From NCBI GenBank assembly GCA_043743715.1, contig JAYTWK010000055.1, forward strand, positions 10,242-74,241: a DNA stretch of 64,000 nt, in the 5' to 3' direction. The notes below the pieces were generated by a model that saw only the letters and a list, made by a program, of their open reading frames with translations, ran no database searches and was not told where the DNA came from. This DNA is from a bacterium (GTDB lineage Bacteria; Patescibacteriota; Minisyncoccia; Phycocordibacterales; UBA6899). Positions within the stretch are counted from its first letter, which is position 1. Each line of letters opens with the position of its first letter. Shown one piece after another: positions 10,152 through 19,694 of the stretch. The position numbers and the translations under genes were made by a program.

Positions 10152-10970
10152 ATTGATATGCTATTGATTAGTATTGAGTACGATAGCATGGACACAAACG
10201 ATGTAAAGGATCCCACAATTACCCAGGATGAAACTGAACGAACTTCAGGGCCCTCACCAGTGAGTCATGGTTCTCATTCAATGGGATCTTTGTCTTTGTC
10301 GTCACTCGGCCAAAGTACAAGTGAGGACACTTCCACTTCTTCCTCGTTAGACAAAGTAAAGCAGATAAAAACGGTAATATTCGACTGGGCCGGAATCTTC
10401 TGTAATCCCGGCGAACCGTTCGCGCACCCTGATCTTATCGCGCAAACCGGACTTACGGTGGACGAAATGGGTGCAGCAACAAAGGAGCTTTCGAACCTAT
10501 ACTACCGCGGGAAAATGACCACCTACGAATTCTGGAAAGGGGTCATACAGCAGTTCGGTCTCAATGACCTTACCTCAGGCGCCCTTGGTGACGCATATCT
10601 CTCATCGTATACCCTCTACCCCGGCATGCTCGAGTTTGCGAGTGGACTGCGTCCGCGCTACCGCGTGGTGCTGCTTTCGAATCTGACCGACCTCATGATG
10701 CGCGACATCATGGAGACGCATCATATCGAACGCTATTTCGATCATCTGGTGTTCTCCAATACGATTGGCATCATGAAGCCTGAGTTCGGAGCATATGAAG
10801 CCGCGCTTGCTGTTGCCGAGTCTACTCCAAGGGAGACACTGTTCATCGATGACTCTTTGAAGAATGTCGAGGCGGCAAAGTCACACGGCCTGTCTGCCTT
10901 TCAATTCGAGGGCGGCTCGGTTCCTAGAATGAAAGAGTGCATGAAGGAATTCGGGATTGTCACCGACTAA
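10146..10970 (+). CDS. HAD-superfamily hydrolase/phosphatase with an N-terminal Ser/Thr-rich low-complexity segment.
   Basis: 274 aa. Motif I VIFDWAGIF (DxA/D-like) and a C-terminal LFIDDSLKNVEAAKSHG motif IV. It is divergent from the kinase gene. Confidence 0.6.
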   Translation: MHIDMLLISIEYDSMDTNDVKDPTITQDETERTSGPSPVSHGSHSMGSLSLSSLGQSTSEDTSTSSSLDKVKQIKTVIFDWAGIFCNPGEPFAHPDLIAQTGLTVDEMGAATKELSNLYYRGKMTTYEFWKGVIQQFGLNDLTSGALGDAYLSSYTLYPGMLEFASGLRPRYRVVLLSNLTDLMMRDIMETHHIERYFDHLVFSNTIGIMKPEFGAYEAALAVAESTPRETLFIDDSLKNVEAAKSHGLSAFQFEGGSVPRMKECMKEFGIVTD

Positions 10971-10984
10971 CGCAAGCAAGAAAC

Positions 10985-12325
10985 CTACGCGGAAGGCTTA
11001 TTGCGGGGACGTACCGCCTCTCCTTCGAGCGCTTCACGTACTCTCCCCTCAGCAATTGCTTTCGCCATCACTGCGAACACCTTATCGAGCCGCTTCGCAA
11101 CCTCGAGTACGTCTTTCACTTCAAGCGAGTAGTTGGTGAGATTTGAACAACCGCTAAGGATCCCGTTTTTTGCCGCCTCCTGGATGAAAAGACTTTTCAT
11201 GATCAGATCATCTTTACCGTTCGCATCTTTGAAATTGAACATTGGGTGCGGGCCGATGCCTTCTCCTTGAGTCGGAATGCCATGTTTTTTTGCCAGTTTG
11301 TTGTAATGCGAGAGCAGTAACTCTCCGGTTTTCCATAATTTCTTCTGCACATCATGAGTGCGCATGAATTTGAGGTTTGCTATCGCCGCAGCAATGCTCG
11401 GCAGATATCCGGCCGAAGTCATTGAGAAAAATACGTCCTGACCTGCGAGCACGTCCATGATCTCTTTCTTTCCGCCGAGGACCGAGAGCGGCTCGCCGTT
11501 CGATATCGCTTTGCCGTAAGTCACAAGGTCCGGGGTGACGCCGAAATATTCCGCTGCCCCTCCTTTTGCAAGCCGGAATCCGGTGACCAGCTCATCGAAC
11601 ATGAGTACTGCACCGTGCTTATGTGTGAGGTCTTTTACCGCCTGAAGGAATCCATCTTTCGGAAGTACGGTTGAAACTGCTTCCATTGTGACTATTGCTA
11701 TCTGTCCGGGGTACTCCTCGAAAATCTTCTCAAGTGTTTCTATCTTGTTGTACGCAAATTCATGAGTGAGGTCTTTGACTGCCTGCGGCACTCCGACACT
11801 ACGCATCGGATGCGTCGCTATAGTCCAGTCGGTCCAGCCGTGATATCCGCATTTTGCAATATGGTCTCTTCCGGTATATGCACGCGCGACACGTACCGCA
11901 GCACTCGTCACATCAGCACCGTTCATCGCAAACCGTACCGACTCAACGAACGGAATCATGCGTTTGATTTCTTCTGCGAGTTCTACTTCGATGTCTCCTG
12001 GGAGTGTGAAGATGGCGCCGCGTTTGCGCTGAGCGAGCACGGCTTTCTCTATCAGCGGGTACTGATGCCCCAGAACGATGGCACCGAGCGAAGAGCCAAG
12101 ATCGATATATTCATTACCGTCGACATCCCACACGCGGCAGCCCTTCCCTTTCGCGATAGCATAGGGAGAAACCCCGCGCACGAACTGATCCGGCGCTTTT
12201 GATAGCGTCTGAGAAGCACGTGGAATGATCTGTTCTGCACGTGCAAGCAGTTTTTTTGATTTTTCAACGCTGCGTTTTTTGGTTTTCATACTGATATGAT
12301 TACTTATTAATCTTCTTCCCTGCAC
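10985..12325 (-). CDS. Class-III (HemL/glutamate-1-semialdehyde aminomutase-like) PLP-dependent aminotransferase.
   Basis: 446 aa. Motifs GCRVWDVDGNEYIDLGSSLGAIVLGH, FDELVTGFR and the PLP-lysine context TYGKAISNG. Confidence 0.8.
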   Translation of the reverse strand: MQGRRLISNHISMKTKKRSVEKSKKLLARAEQIIPRASQTLSKAPDQFVRGVSPYAIAKGKGCRVWDVDGNEYIDLGSSLGAIVLGHQYPLIEKAVLAQRKRGAIFTLPGDIEVELAEEIKRMIPFVESVRFAMNGADVTSAAVRVARAYTGRDHIAKCGYHGWTDWTIATHPMRSVGVPQAVKDLTHEFAYNKIETLEKIFEEYPGQIAIVTMEAVSTVLPKDGFLQAVKDLTHKHGAVLMFDELVTGFRLAKGGAAEYFGVTPDLVTYGKAISNGEPLSVLGGKKEIMDVLAGQDVFFSMTSAGYLPSIAAAIANLKFMRTHDVQKKLWKTGELLLSHYNKLAKKHGIPTQGEGIGPHPMFNFKDANGKDDLIMKSLFIQEAAKNGILSGCSNLTNYSLEVKDVLEVAKRLDKVFAVMAKAIAEGRVREALEGEAVRPRNKPSA

Positions 12326-13322
12326 GCTTTAACGCGAGAAGCATATTCACTACCTCGGAGCCATGTGCGATATCTGAAATCGCGGGTTTCTTTTTTTGGA
12401 TAACCTCAAAAAAGTATTTTAACTCACGGAGATACATGTCATTACGCGCCTCATCTTTACTTTTGCCTTGATAACATACTTTGCGCTCCATGCTACCCTT
12501 CTTCGGGTCATACCACTCGACAGTATTCGTAGGAAAATCCCATGACACAATGCCTTTCTCACATTGAATTTCTACCAAGTGACGCTTGGGAATGCTGAAG
12601 TAATCAAGTGAGACTGATGCCTCTACCCGGGATGTAAAGCGCGCTGAGATAGACGCATAATCTTCCGCATTCATCGGATGCGGTCCGACATTTCCATATA
12701 CTGCAGAAGCATGCGTGACCTTCCCAAATAGCACGGTGAGATAATCAAATACGTGTGAGCCAGAATCGAGGATCACACCGCCGCCGAGTTTTTTGTTCGC
12801 AGCATAGGTCTTGCGATAATCTACTCCCTTACGTGAACCGGCAATGTCGTGCCCAACCACAACTCGTACGGACAAAACCTTTCCGAGTTTATTCGACTGA
12901 AGTATGTCACTCATAAACACGAATCCCTGATTGAAACGATAGTTGCAGGCAACCATGACCGTACGCTTCGACTTTTTTGCAGCTTGCTTCAGTTCAATTA
13001 TCCCTTCATTTGTATGTGAGAGTGGTTTCTCGATGAATATGTGGCAACCTGCCGCGAGTGCCACGCGCGCAGTTTTCACATGCAGGTTCGTTGGATTGCA
13101 AACAAATACAACCGCGAATGCCAAAAGTGTTTTTGCGTCTGGCGACGAAACTGTCAACACTCCTGCATCACGGAGTTTCTTCTCGTCGACGTCATAGACC
13201 GAGACATTCTTGTATCCGAGCGACAGCAGATTGTGATAGTGGCGCTGACCAATCGAGCCGAAGCCGATGACAAGTATCGGACTCTGTTTTGTGACTTCGC
13301 TGTGTGTGTTGCGTCTCGCCAT
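12300..13322 (-). CDS. Gfo/Idh/MocA-family NAD(P)-dependent sugar oxidoreductase (WbpB-like).
   Basis: 340 aa. Rossmann N-terminus ILVIGFGSIGQRHYHNL. The alpha/beta C-terminal domain is typical of the family. Confidence 0.7.
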   Translation of the reverse strand: MARRNTHSEVTKQSPILVIGFGSIGQRHYHNLLSLGYKNVSVYDVDEKKLRDAGVLTVSSPDAKTLLAFAVVFVCNPTNLHVKTARVALAAGCHIFIEKPLSHTNEGIIELKQAAKKSKRTVMVACNYRFNQGFVFMSDILQSNKLGKVLSVRVVVGHDIAGSRKGVDYRKTYAANKKLGGGVILDSGSHVFDYLTVLFGKVTHASAVYGNVGPHPMNAEDYASISARFTSRVEASVSLDYFSIPKRHLVEIQCEKGIVSWDFPTNTVEWYDPKKGSMERKVCYQGKSKDEARNDMYLRELKYFFEVIQKKKPAISDIAHGSEVVNMLLALKRAGKKINK

Positions 13323-13323
13323 A

Positions 13324-14433
13324 TTATTTTGAAAAATACGCTTTTATCGTACGGGCAATATATCCGACTTCATCCTTCGTAAGGTCTTGGAACAGCGGGA
13401 TGGTGATGGCGGTCTCATGATATTCATCCATCACGCTCAAGCTGGTCTTTTTGTATCCATGCTTTCGGTAATAAGGATGACTGTATACCGCAGGATAATG
13501 GAAGTTGACTCCGATATTGTGTTCTTTCAGAAAATTGTACAGCGGCAGCCTGTCTTTTGGCGAGCGCGTGCGGATCATATAGAGGTGCCAGGCGCTCTTC
13601 GCTCCCTTCGTCTCTTTCGGAAGTACGATCTCGGGGATTCCTGCGAGGGCCTTTTCGTACCATGCGACCACACGATTGCGCCTTGCAATGAATTCCTTAA
13701 GGCGAACTATCTGCGATGCGCCAAGCGCCGCATTGATGTCAGGAAGACGATAGTTGTACCCGAGCAGGGTCATGACATTGAATCCTTTTGCGTCTTTCTC
13801 GATGCCATGACTGCGTAAGCGCAATAGTTTTTCATAAAAGGCTTTGTTGCTCGTGAGTACTGCCCCACCCTCACCCGTAGTGATAGATTTGACCGGATGA
13901 AAACTGAACGTCACCAAGTCGCCTCTTGCGCCAATCATATTTTTGCCATACGACGCGCCAAGTGCCTGCGCGCCGTCTTCAATCACCAGCAATTTGTACT
14001 TGTTGGCGAGCGCATAAATCTTCTTCATTTCCGGAGGATTGCCCGCGAAGTGTACTGGTACGATGGCGCGTGTCTTCTTGGTGATAAGTTTTTCTATCTT
14101 TGATTCGTCGATGTTATACGTATCTTTTCTAATATCGCAGAATACCGGTTTTGCACCGACCGCGAGCAGCATGTTGGTGGTCGCAACAAATGTGTTCGGG
14201 CTGGTAATGACTTCATCTCCTTTCTTAAGACCTGCGACAAGGTATGCGAGATGGAGCGCGGCAGTACCGTTCGAAACTGCGACCGCATACTTCGCGCCCG
14301 TCACTCTCACGAGTGCATCCTCAAATTCCCTCACCTTCGGACCTTGTGTCAGCCAGTCTGAATGAAGTGTGTCGGTTACTGCTTTGATATCTTTCTGATT
14401 GATATTCTGATGCCCGTAGGGAATAAATTTCAT
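13324..14433 (-). CDS. DegT/DnrJ/EryC1/StrS-family sugar aminotransferase (PseC/WbpE-like).
   Basis: 369 aa. N-terminal IPYGHQNINQKDIKAV..., VSNGTAALHLA and PLP-lysine context SFHPVKSITTGEGG. Confidence 0.85.
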   Translation of the reverse strand: MKFIPYGHQNINQKDIKAVTDTLHSDWLTQGPKVREFEDALVRVTGAKYAVAVSNGTAALHLAYLVAGLKKGDEVITSPNTFVATTNMLLAVGAKPVFCDIRKDTYNIDESKIEKLITKKTRAIVPVHFAGNPPEMKKIYALANKYKLLVIEDGAQALGASYGKNMIGARGDLVTFSFHPVKSITTGEGGAVLTSNKAFYEKLLRLRSHGIEKDAKGFNVMTLLGYNYRLPDINAALGASQIVRLKEFIARRNRVVAWYEKALAGIPEIVLPKETKGAKSAWHLYMIRTRSPKDRLPLYNFLKEHNIGVNFHYPAVYSHPYYRKHGYKKTSLSVMDEYHETAITIPLFQDLTKDEVGYIARTIKAYFSK

Positions 14434-14511
14434 GATGGGTTATTGCAAATGATAACGGCCAGAAAGCTGTAATGTAGCAAATTATAACATATATCCTGCG
14501 CCTACCTTTAC

Positions 14512-14540
14512 TTGACATCTATAATAAGTAATGCTAAATT
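14512..14540 (+). promoter_or_regulatory. Sigma70-like promoter candidate for the plus-strand membrane-protein gene.
   Basis: TTGACA (14512-14517), a 17-nt spacer, then TAAATT (14535-14540), about 45 nt upstream of the ATG at 14586, in a divergent intergenic region. Confidence 0.3.
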
Positions 14541-14585
14541 AATGTACGGAAATTCACTCGTCCCTCTACAACCTGAAAGGCAGTC

Positions 14586-15644
14586 ATGGACATCAAACGC
14601 CTCTGGCACTTCATCGCCATCCCATCCCTCCTCTTCCTCTTCTGGTTCGCGTACCAGAGCTGGTCTGGCGCTATACGTGTGCACTTCTACGCTCCGCTGT
14701 GGCTTTACCTCCTGATCGCCTTCCTTCCAGTGAAGTGGGCTTCCAAGCAGGTATCGGGTCAACACTCGAGAACCAAGCGATTCCTCATTCAATACTCCTT
14801 CGCAATATGTTTTGCGCTGGCCTTCCATCTATGGAGCGACGGCTTCACTTGGGACCGTCGCAGCTCTCTCGTGTACATGATCGGCATGATCGAGGCGGCT
14901 GGGACCTTCGCGATGTGGAAGGCAACCGAGATATCCCTTGCAAAAGTGTCGCTGTTCTCGTTCATGGATGACCTCATCCCAATGATGATCTCCGCGCTCG
15001 TGTTGAACGAACTTGCGAAGATCTCTCCTCTCACAGGCTTTGGCGTGATCATCTGCCTCTCTGTTGTCGGCTACTTCATCTCTTCTGGAAAGAAAGAGAA
15101 GCGACAACTCGAACTGGAGAAGCGTAAAAAGGATGGCATGAGCGACGAGCACATAGCCGATCTCGATCGGCTTTCGCGGAGTGGGACATTTTTCAAGTAT
15201 GTTGCAATGTACAGCATCGCTTGGGGCGTCTCGATGTTCTTCGCACGCTATCTGTCGTTCAACCAGCTCACTCCCGGAAATTTTGCGATCGGTAAATACT
15301 CGGGTGCATTCACCACCGCGCTCTTGATCTTTTTCTTCTACAAGGACAGCTCGGCAAGCCAGCAGGTCGGGAAGGCCTCGCTTTCCGTGCGAGATTTTGT
15401 ATTCATGTTGTACTACTCGTCCGCGATCGTGCTGTGCGCCATGCTCAGCTATGCGGTCGCACGCACGACCGAGCAGAATGTCTATCAACCGCTCGTCATG
15501 ATTGGTGAAGCGGTCGGCGGGACATGGATCGGCTGGAAGTTCTTCGGTGAAGGAAGGCAGTTCAACAAGAGCGAACGCATCGCAGTCAGCATCGGCCTCC
15601 TCGGCATCGCAGTGATCGGCCTAGCGACCTACCTCAAGGCCTGA
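14586..15644 (+). CDS. Polytopic integral membrane protein of unknown function.
   Basis: 352 aa with about 9-10 hydrophobic helices. No recognisable motif. It is followed by a rho-independent terminator. Confidence 0.4.
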   Translation: MDIKRLWHFIAIPSLLFLFWFAYQSWSGAIRVHFYAPLWLYLLIAFLPVKWASKQVSGQHSRTKRFLIQYSFAICFALAFHLWSDGFTWDRRSSLVYMIGMIEAAGTFAMWKATEISLAKVSLFSFMDDLIPMMISALVLNELAKISPLTGFGVIICLSVVGYFISSGKKEKRQLELEKRKKDGMSDEHIADLDRLSRSGTFFKYVAMYSIAWGVSMFFARYLSFNQLTPGNFAIGKYSGAFTTALLIFFFYKDSSASQQVGKASLSVRDFVFMLYYSSAIVLCAMLSYAVARTTEQNVYQPLVMIGEAVGGTWIGWKFFGEGRQFNKSERIAVSIGLLGIAVIGLATYLKA

Positions 15645-15654
15645 ACGCTACCAA

Positions 15655-15691
15655 CCCCGTATCGGGTCATCGATACGGGGTTTCTTTTTTT
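15655..15691 (+). terminator. Rho-independent terminator.
   Basis: Stem CCCCGTATCG / CGATACGGGG with loop GGTCAT, followed by TTTCTTTTTTT, 11 nt after the stop of the plus-strand gene. Confidence 0.7.
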
Positions 15692-16872
15692 CATATGATC
15701 TGCTTCTGTTCTTGTTCATCAGCCAAACGCATTTCTCTCAATATCAGCATGATTCCGGGAATAGCGAGTAACGAGAGAACAGCACCGATACGAAAACACC
15801 AAATGGGATCAAGCAGAAGATTCATACCGATGCCGAGCACCACGCTTCCGGTAGTCCAAACATAATATCCTGATATGACCCCGAGGAGCCCTTCAGCCGG
15901 ATAAGAACGCCGGAGTGTACTCATGGTGAGTGGCTGTATCAGCGCCGCTGATGCACCCAAACACAGCGCAGTGAGAAGCGACGCAGTGAGTCCGATAGAG
16001 GTGGAGAACATATACGCTGATAGTGCCATGACGCAAAGCGCAATGATAAGGAGAGTGGGATACCGTCTTGGTGAAACATTAAATGTCGCAAACATGATAC
16101 CAAACACCGATCCGAGCTTCAGCACTGCGCCAATCGGACCTACCCAAATGACCCCAAACATGTCGGCAAGTCGTAGCGAGAGCGAAGTGAAACCTATCGC
16201 CGCCAGAAAACTTGCCGCCATAATGGCAAGAATGGAATAGCGAAGCGCTCCCTCTCTCCATATCTCTGCACGATGAGATACCGCCGTCTTTGGAAGCTCA
16301 ACATCAAGGACCCGCAGGAGGAGGAGTGTACCGCACGCAGTCACAAGCGCCATGATAAGGAAGAACGCCTGCTCACCCCATGCAGCAGCAATGAAACCGC
16401 CGGAGAATATTCCCGCTGCGCTTCCTCCGAGTGCACCGGAGACCTCGAGCCCATACCCTCGTCCGATATTATCACTTGAGACATGTGCGATGATTCTGTC
16501 TGCAGATACCCAAAGCAAACTCGCTCCAACACCGATAAGTGCAGAGCAGATGATGATAATGGGAGGAGAACTGAGCGCCGCACCTACAGGAAATATTGCA
16601 TAGGTCGCAGCTCCGACAATGAGCGAGCGACGCGGACTTCCGAACCATGCAATAATGGTCGGTGCATAACTATTCACCGCAAGGTAGACAGAATATAAAA
16701 GAAGAAGTGAGACTATCCCTAATGTCTTAAATCCCGCATGTTTCAAAAACACGGAAAGGAACTGCTGAGCCCCACCGAACCCGAAGAATACAAAAAAGAA
16801 CCCAATCCCTATAGCAACAGGATTGTACATCGTTTCAAGTGATTTCACTTTGCTCTGCATGATACGTATCAC
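15691..16872 (-). CDS. MFS-family transporter.
   Basis: 393 aa, about 12 TM helices, glycine-rich helices typical of MFS. Overlaps the downstream lyase gene by 4 bp. Confidence 0.6.
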   Translation of the reverse strand: MIRIMQSKVKSLETMYNPVAIGIGFFFVFFGFGGAQQFLSVFLKHAGFKTLGIVSLLLLYSVYLAVNSYAPTIIAWFGSPRRSLIVGAATYAIFPVGAALSSPPIIIICSALIGVGASLLWVSADRIIAHVSSDNIGRGYGLEVSGALGGSAAGIFSGGFIAAAWGEQAFFLIMALVTACGTLLLLRVLDVELPKTAVSHRAEIWREGALRYSILAIMAASFLAAIGFTSLSLRLADMFGVIWVGPIGAVLKLGSVFGIMFATFNVSPRRYPTLLIIALCVMALSAYMFSTSIGLTASLLTALCLGASAALIQPLTMSTLRRSYPAEGLLGVISGYYVWTTGSVVLGIGMNLLLDPIWCFRIGAVLSLLAIPGIMLILREMRLADEQEQKQII

Positions 16873-17564
16873 TCTTCAAGCCGCCAGTAGCCGTTCTTCT
16901 GCATCTTCTCCTCTATCGCATGCGCACCCATGCCTGCAACGCGACTAAATACAAAGAGCGCTTTTGCCGCAGCAGGGTCCATCCCAAGTGCGAGTACTCC
17001 AGCAGCAAATGCCCCATCGATATTGAGGGGAAGTTTCTTCCCTTTTTGTTTTTCAAGCAGCTGCTCAATAGCATAAGCTTTCTCAAATGCCACAAGTGGT
17101 ACTTTCCCTTCTTTTGCTTTCGAATAAATAATGGTCGCACGCGGGTCTTCGTCTTTGTATACCTTATGTCCGAATCCGGGAATAAACTTCGCTTCTTTTT
17201 CAAAACGAGTGACTATCTCCTCTGCACTTTCGTCTGATGCGAGCACTCTTCCTGATGCTTCGCCTGCTCCACCATGCGCCTCTCCTATTGCAAGGATTCC
17301 TGCCGCCATCCCAATATGGACTGAATTGCCAGAAGCGACCGATACGCGAGGTACATAGAGTGACGGCGCCTCAATGCCGTGTTCAGCAGAAGCGACCAGC
17401 ATCGCATCGAGAAGTATGCGTTCTCCGTCTGATGGAAGTTTCCCGGTATAAAGCAGAAATACCGTATCAACAAATGAATGTTGCTTCATAAGCTCGGTCA
17501 CCTTGTGCCCGTAGATCTCATGCTCTCCTCCTTCGGTTTTACTAATGTTTGTTTCGTGCTTCAT
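16869..17564 (-). CDS. Citrate-synthase-fold short protein, citryl-CoA lyase (CCL/AclA C-terminal-like).
   Basis: 231 aa. Contains the citrate synthase signature PGFGHKVYKDEDPRATI and LVASAEHG. Much shorter than a true citrate synthase, as in CCL. Confidence 0.65.
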   Translation of the reverse strand: MKHETNISKTEGGEHEIYGHKVTELMKQHSFVDTVFLLYTGKLPSDGERILLDAMLVASAEHGIEAPSLYVPRVSVASGNSVHIGMAAGILAIGEAHGGAGEASGRVLASDESAEEIVTRFEKEAKFIPGFGHKVYKDEDPRATIIYSKAKEGKVPLVAFEKAYAIEQLLEKQKGKKLPLNIDGAFAAGVLALGMDPAAAKALFVFSRVAGMGAHAIEEKMQKNGYWRLEE

Positions 17565-17598
17565 ATTTTTATTTGTGAATTTTACTACGCTCTACGAA

Positions 17599-18507
17599 CT
17601 ACGTACTACCTACTAGTTTCTTAAGTATAACAACGATCTCTTCCGGGGTCTCGGCAATGTACGCACCGGCGGCCCGAAGCTGAGCTTTCTTAACCGATGC
17701 CTTGCCGTTGTCTCCCTCGACGATAGCTCCCGCATGTCCGAGCATGGTACCCGCAGGAAGAGTCTCTCCGAACACACCGGCAATTATTGCGACAACCGGT
17801 TTTTTAATCTTTTTGTCCTTTATTGCTTGTGCGAGACGATTCTCATATGTGCCGCCAAGTTCACCGAACACAACTATTGCCCTGGTGTCCGGATCCTTCT
17901 CAAACAACAATGCAATATCAAGCAGATCGGAACCAATCAATGGGTCTCCGCCGATACCGAGTGCGGTCGACTGACCGATACCCGCTTCAGTGAGGATGCG
18001 CGATATCTCCGAAGTCATACCTCCACTCTTTGAAATGACTCCGATATTCCCGGCCATGAACACACGCTCCGCAAGCCCTCCCGAACCGATGCTGCCAAGT
18101 TTCACTTTGCCGGGAGTAATGACCCCGACCGATGAAGGTCCAATGACCATCGCGTGTTTCTTTTTTGCAAGCGCATACATACGCGCAACATCGAGTACTG
18201 GGACTTTCTCACTTAGGATGTTCACAATTGAAATACCCGCGTTGAGTGCTTCTTCGCACGCCTTTCCGACAAGTTTTCCTGGGATAACGATGAGTGAGGT
18301 GTTTATCTCGGGAAATGCATTTATCGCCTCAGCAACGCTTTCGAATACCGGAACACCCTCCGCTGTGGTTGTTCCGCCCTTCCCCGGAGAAACTCCCGCG
18401 CAAACCACGGTACCGTACGTTGCCATTTCCTTGGCCGCACGCCCACCCTCTTTGCCGGTAATCCCTTGGACAAGAACTCGTGTATATTCGTCGATTAAAA
18501 TACTCAT
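17599..18507 (-). CDS. Succinyl-CoA synthetase alpha-like subunit (CoA-binding plus phosphohistidine domain), candidate citryl-CoA synthetase small subunit.
   Basis: 302 aa. Motifs VLVQGITGKEGG and MLGHAGAIV (phospho-His loop). Confidence 0.8.
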   Translation of the reverse strand: MSILIDEYTRVLVQGITGKEGGRAAKEMATYGTVVCAGVSPGKGGTTTAEGVPVFESVAEAINAFPEINTSLIVIPGKLVGKACEEALNAGISIVNILSEKVPVLDVARMYALAKKKHAMVIGPSSVGVITPGKVKLGSIGSGGLAERVFMAGNIGVISKSGGMTSEISRILTEAGIGQSTALGIGGDPLIGSDLLDIALLFEKDPDTRAIVVFGELGGTYENRLAQAIKDKKIKKPVVAIIAGVFGETLPAGTMLGHAGAIVEGDNGKASVKKAQLRAAGAYIAETPEEIVVILKKLVGST

Positions 18508-18622
18508 CCCGTTAGAAGTAGGCCGCGAACAGTAGTGTTCGCATGCTGACTTTATTAGTATTGATAATATAATTTTGACTCATGGAATTGTGATATGTGT
18601 CGTGTCCGCGACTTCTAACGGG
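18508..18622. repeat. 115-bp intergenic element with 12-bp terminal inverted repeats (copy 1 of 3).
   Basis: CCCGTTAGAAGT ... ACTTCTAACGGG. It abuts the start codon (18505-18507) of the minus-strand gene. An internal palindrome GCGAACAGTAGTGTTCGC is present. Matching copies are at 54647-54764 and 61012-61132. Confidence 0.7.
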
Positions 18623-18624
18623 AC

Positions 18625-19683
18625 TCATGATCTTTTCATTAATTCGACTATTCTCTTGGCAGAATCAGACATCGAAAGTTCCGGGCCATATACCTCAATA
18701 TTGAAACCTTCTTCTTTTGCGAATTTTTCTAGCATGGCTTTCGCTTCAGGCTGACGCGGACCGTCTCTTCGAATGACAATGGGGTACAGAGGTTTCGGGG
18801 TCACTTTTCTTAATCCGGCAACAAATCCAAGTAGAGTTTCATAGATATCTGTAAAATTTGCCGTGCCTCCTATCACCCATGCACCCCTTAGACCCGGGCG
18901 CGAAAGTACCCGGAGAGTCAGTCCTTCGACCACTGATGCAAGTGGGTTTCCTGAATATTCGACATAATTTGCCGGTCTTCCCTTTTCATTCACTAATATA
19001 TCGATGTTGAGCATCGATGCGCCGCCGCCTGAAGCGATGACAGCAATGTCGCCATCGAGATCAACGTACGGACGCTCCTGTGAAAATGCATCGTCGATCA
19101 CCATCTTCGCGTCCCCTGCTATTACCTTTCCTTCCTTGGTAATGAATAGCGGATTAATCTCCGCAAGGACAAGGTGTTCTTCGCAAAAAAGTTTCCATAA
19201 TGCAGAAATAACAGCAGATAATTCAGGAGACGGTGAGATACCGGCGATGCGAAGCGCGGCATTCACGAATACCTCATCTACACCGACAAGCACATCTATT
19301 GCGGTAATCGATGCACTGCCGACACCGGTGCCGCCTTTTTTATTGAGTGAAAGAATTGGAGCGCGATGCTCGCTCGAGTACGAGATGCTGAGATACAGCT
19401 CATCGGTATACGCGATAAGTTCTTCAGCAAGGAGTACTTCGGGCTTCATCCCGTCGATTGTGAGTGTAAAGAGTTTCGGTAATACAATCTTCAATTCTGT
19501 TTCATCCTTCACTATGATGATTCCTCCTTTCTTCATGCGGTCGCCGGTAGCAACCTGTGATTTCAGAACCATCGGATAAGAAAGTTTCGGGAGTGCGGCG
19601 GAGTTTAGAAGCAGTTCGAATTGCGGCGTTGCTATTCCATAATTACGGAATAGTTCTTTTCCTTCATGTTCAAGCAACTTCAT
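18625..19683 (-). CDS. Succinyl-CoA synthetase beta-like ATP-grasp subunit, candidate citryl-CoA synthetase large subunit.
   Basis: 352 aa. ATP-grasp N-terminus MKLLEHEGKELFRNYGIATPQ and a C-terminal CoA-ligase domain. Confidence 0.75.
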   Translation of the reverse strand: MKLLEHEGKELFRNYGIATPQFELLLNSAALPKLSYPMVLKSQVATGDRMKKGGIIIVKDETELKIVLPKLFTLTIDGMKPEVLLAEELIAYTDELYLSISYSSEHRAPILSLNKKGGTGVGSASITAIDVLVGVDEVFVNAALRIAGISPSPELSAVISALWKLFCEEHLVLAEINPLFITKEGKVIAGDAKMVIDDAFSQERPYVDLDGDIAVIASGGGASMLNIDILVNEKGRPANYVEYSGNPLASVVEGLTLRVLSRPGLRGAWVIGGTANFTDIYETLLGFVAGLRKVTPKPLYPIVIRRDGPRQPEAKAMLEKFAKEEGFNIEVYGPELSMSDSAKRIVELMKRS

Positions 19684-19694
19684 ATTATTTTTCT

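Noticed and set aside
16869-17564. The short citrate-synthase-fold protein, considered as a truncated housekeeping citrate synthase pseudogene.
   Set aside because: The intact GFGHKVYKDEDPRA signature, the in-frame coupling to the SCS-like subunits, and a length typical of citryl-CoA lyase argue for a functional CCL-type protein.
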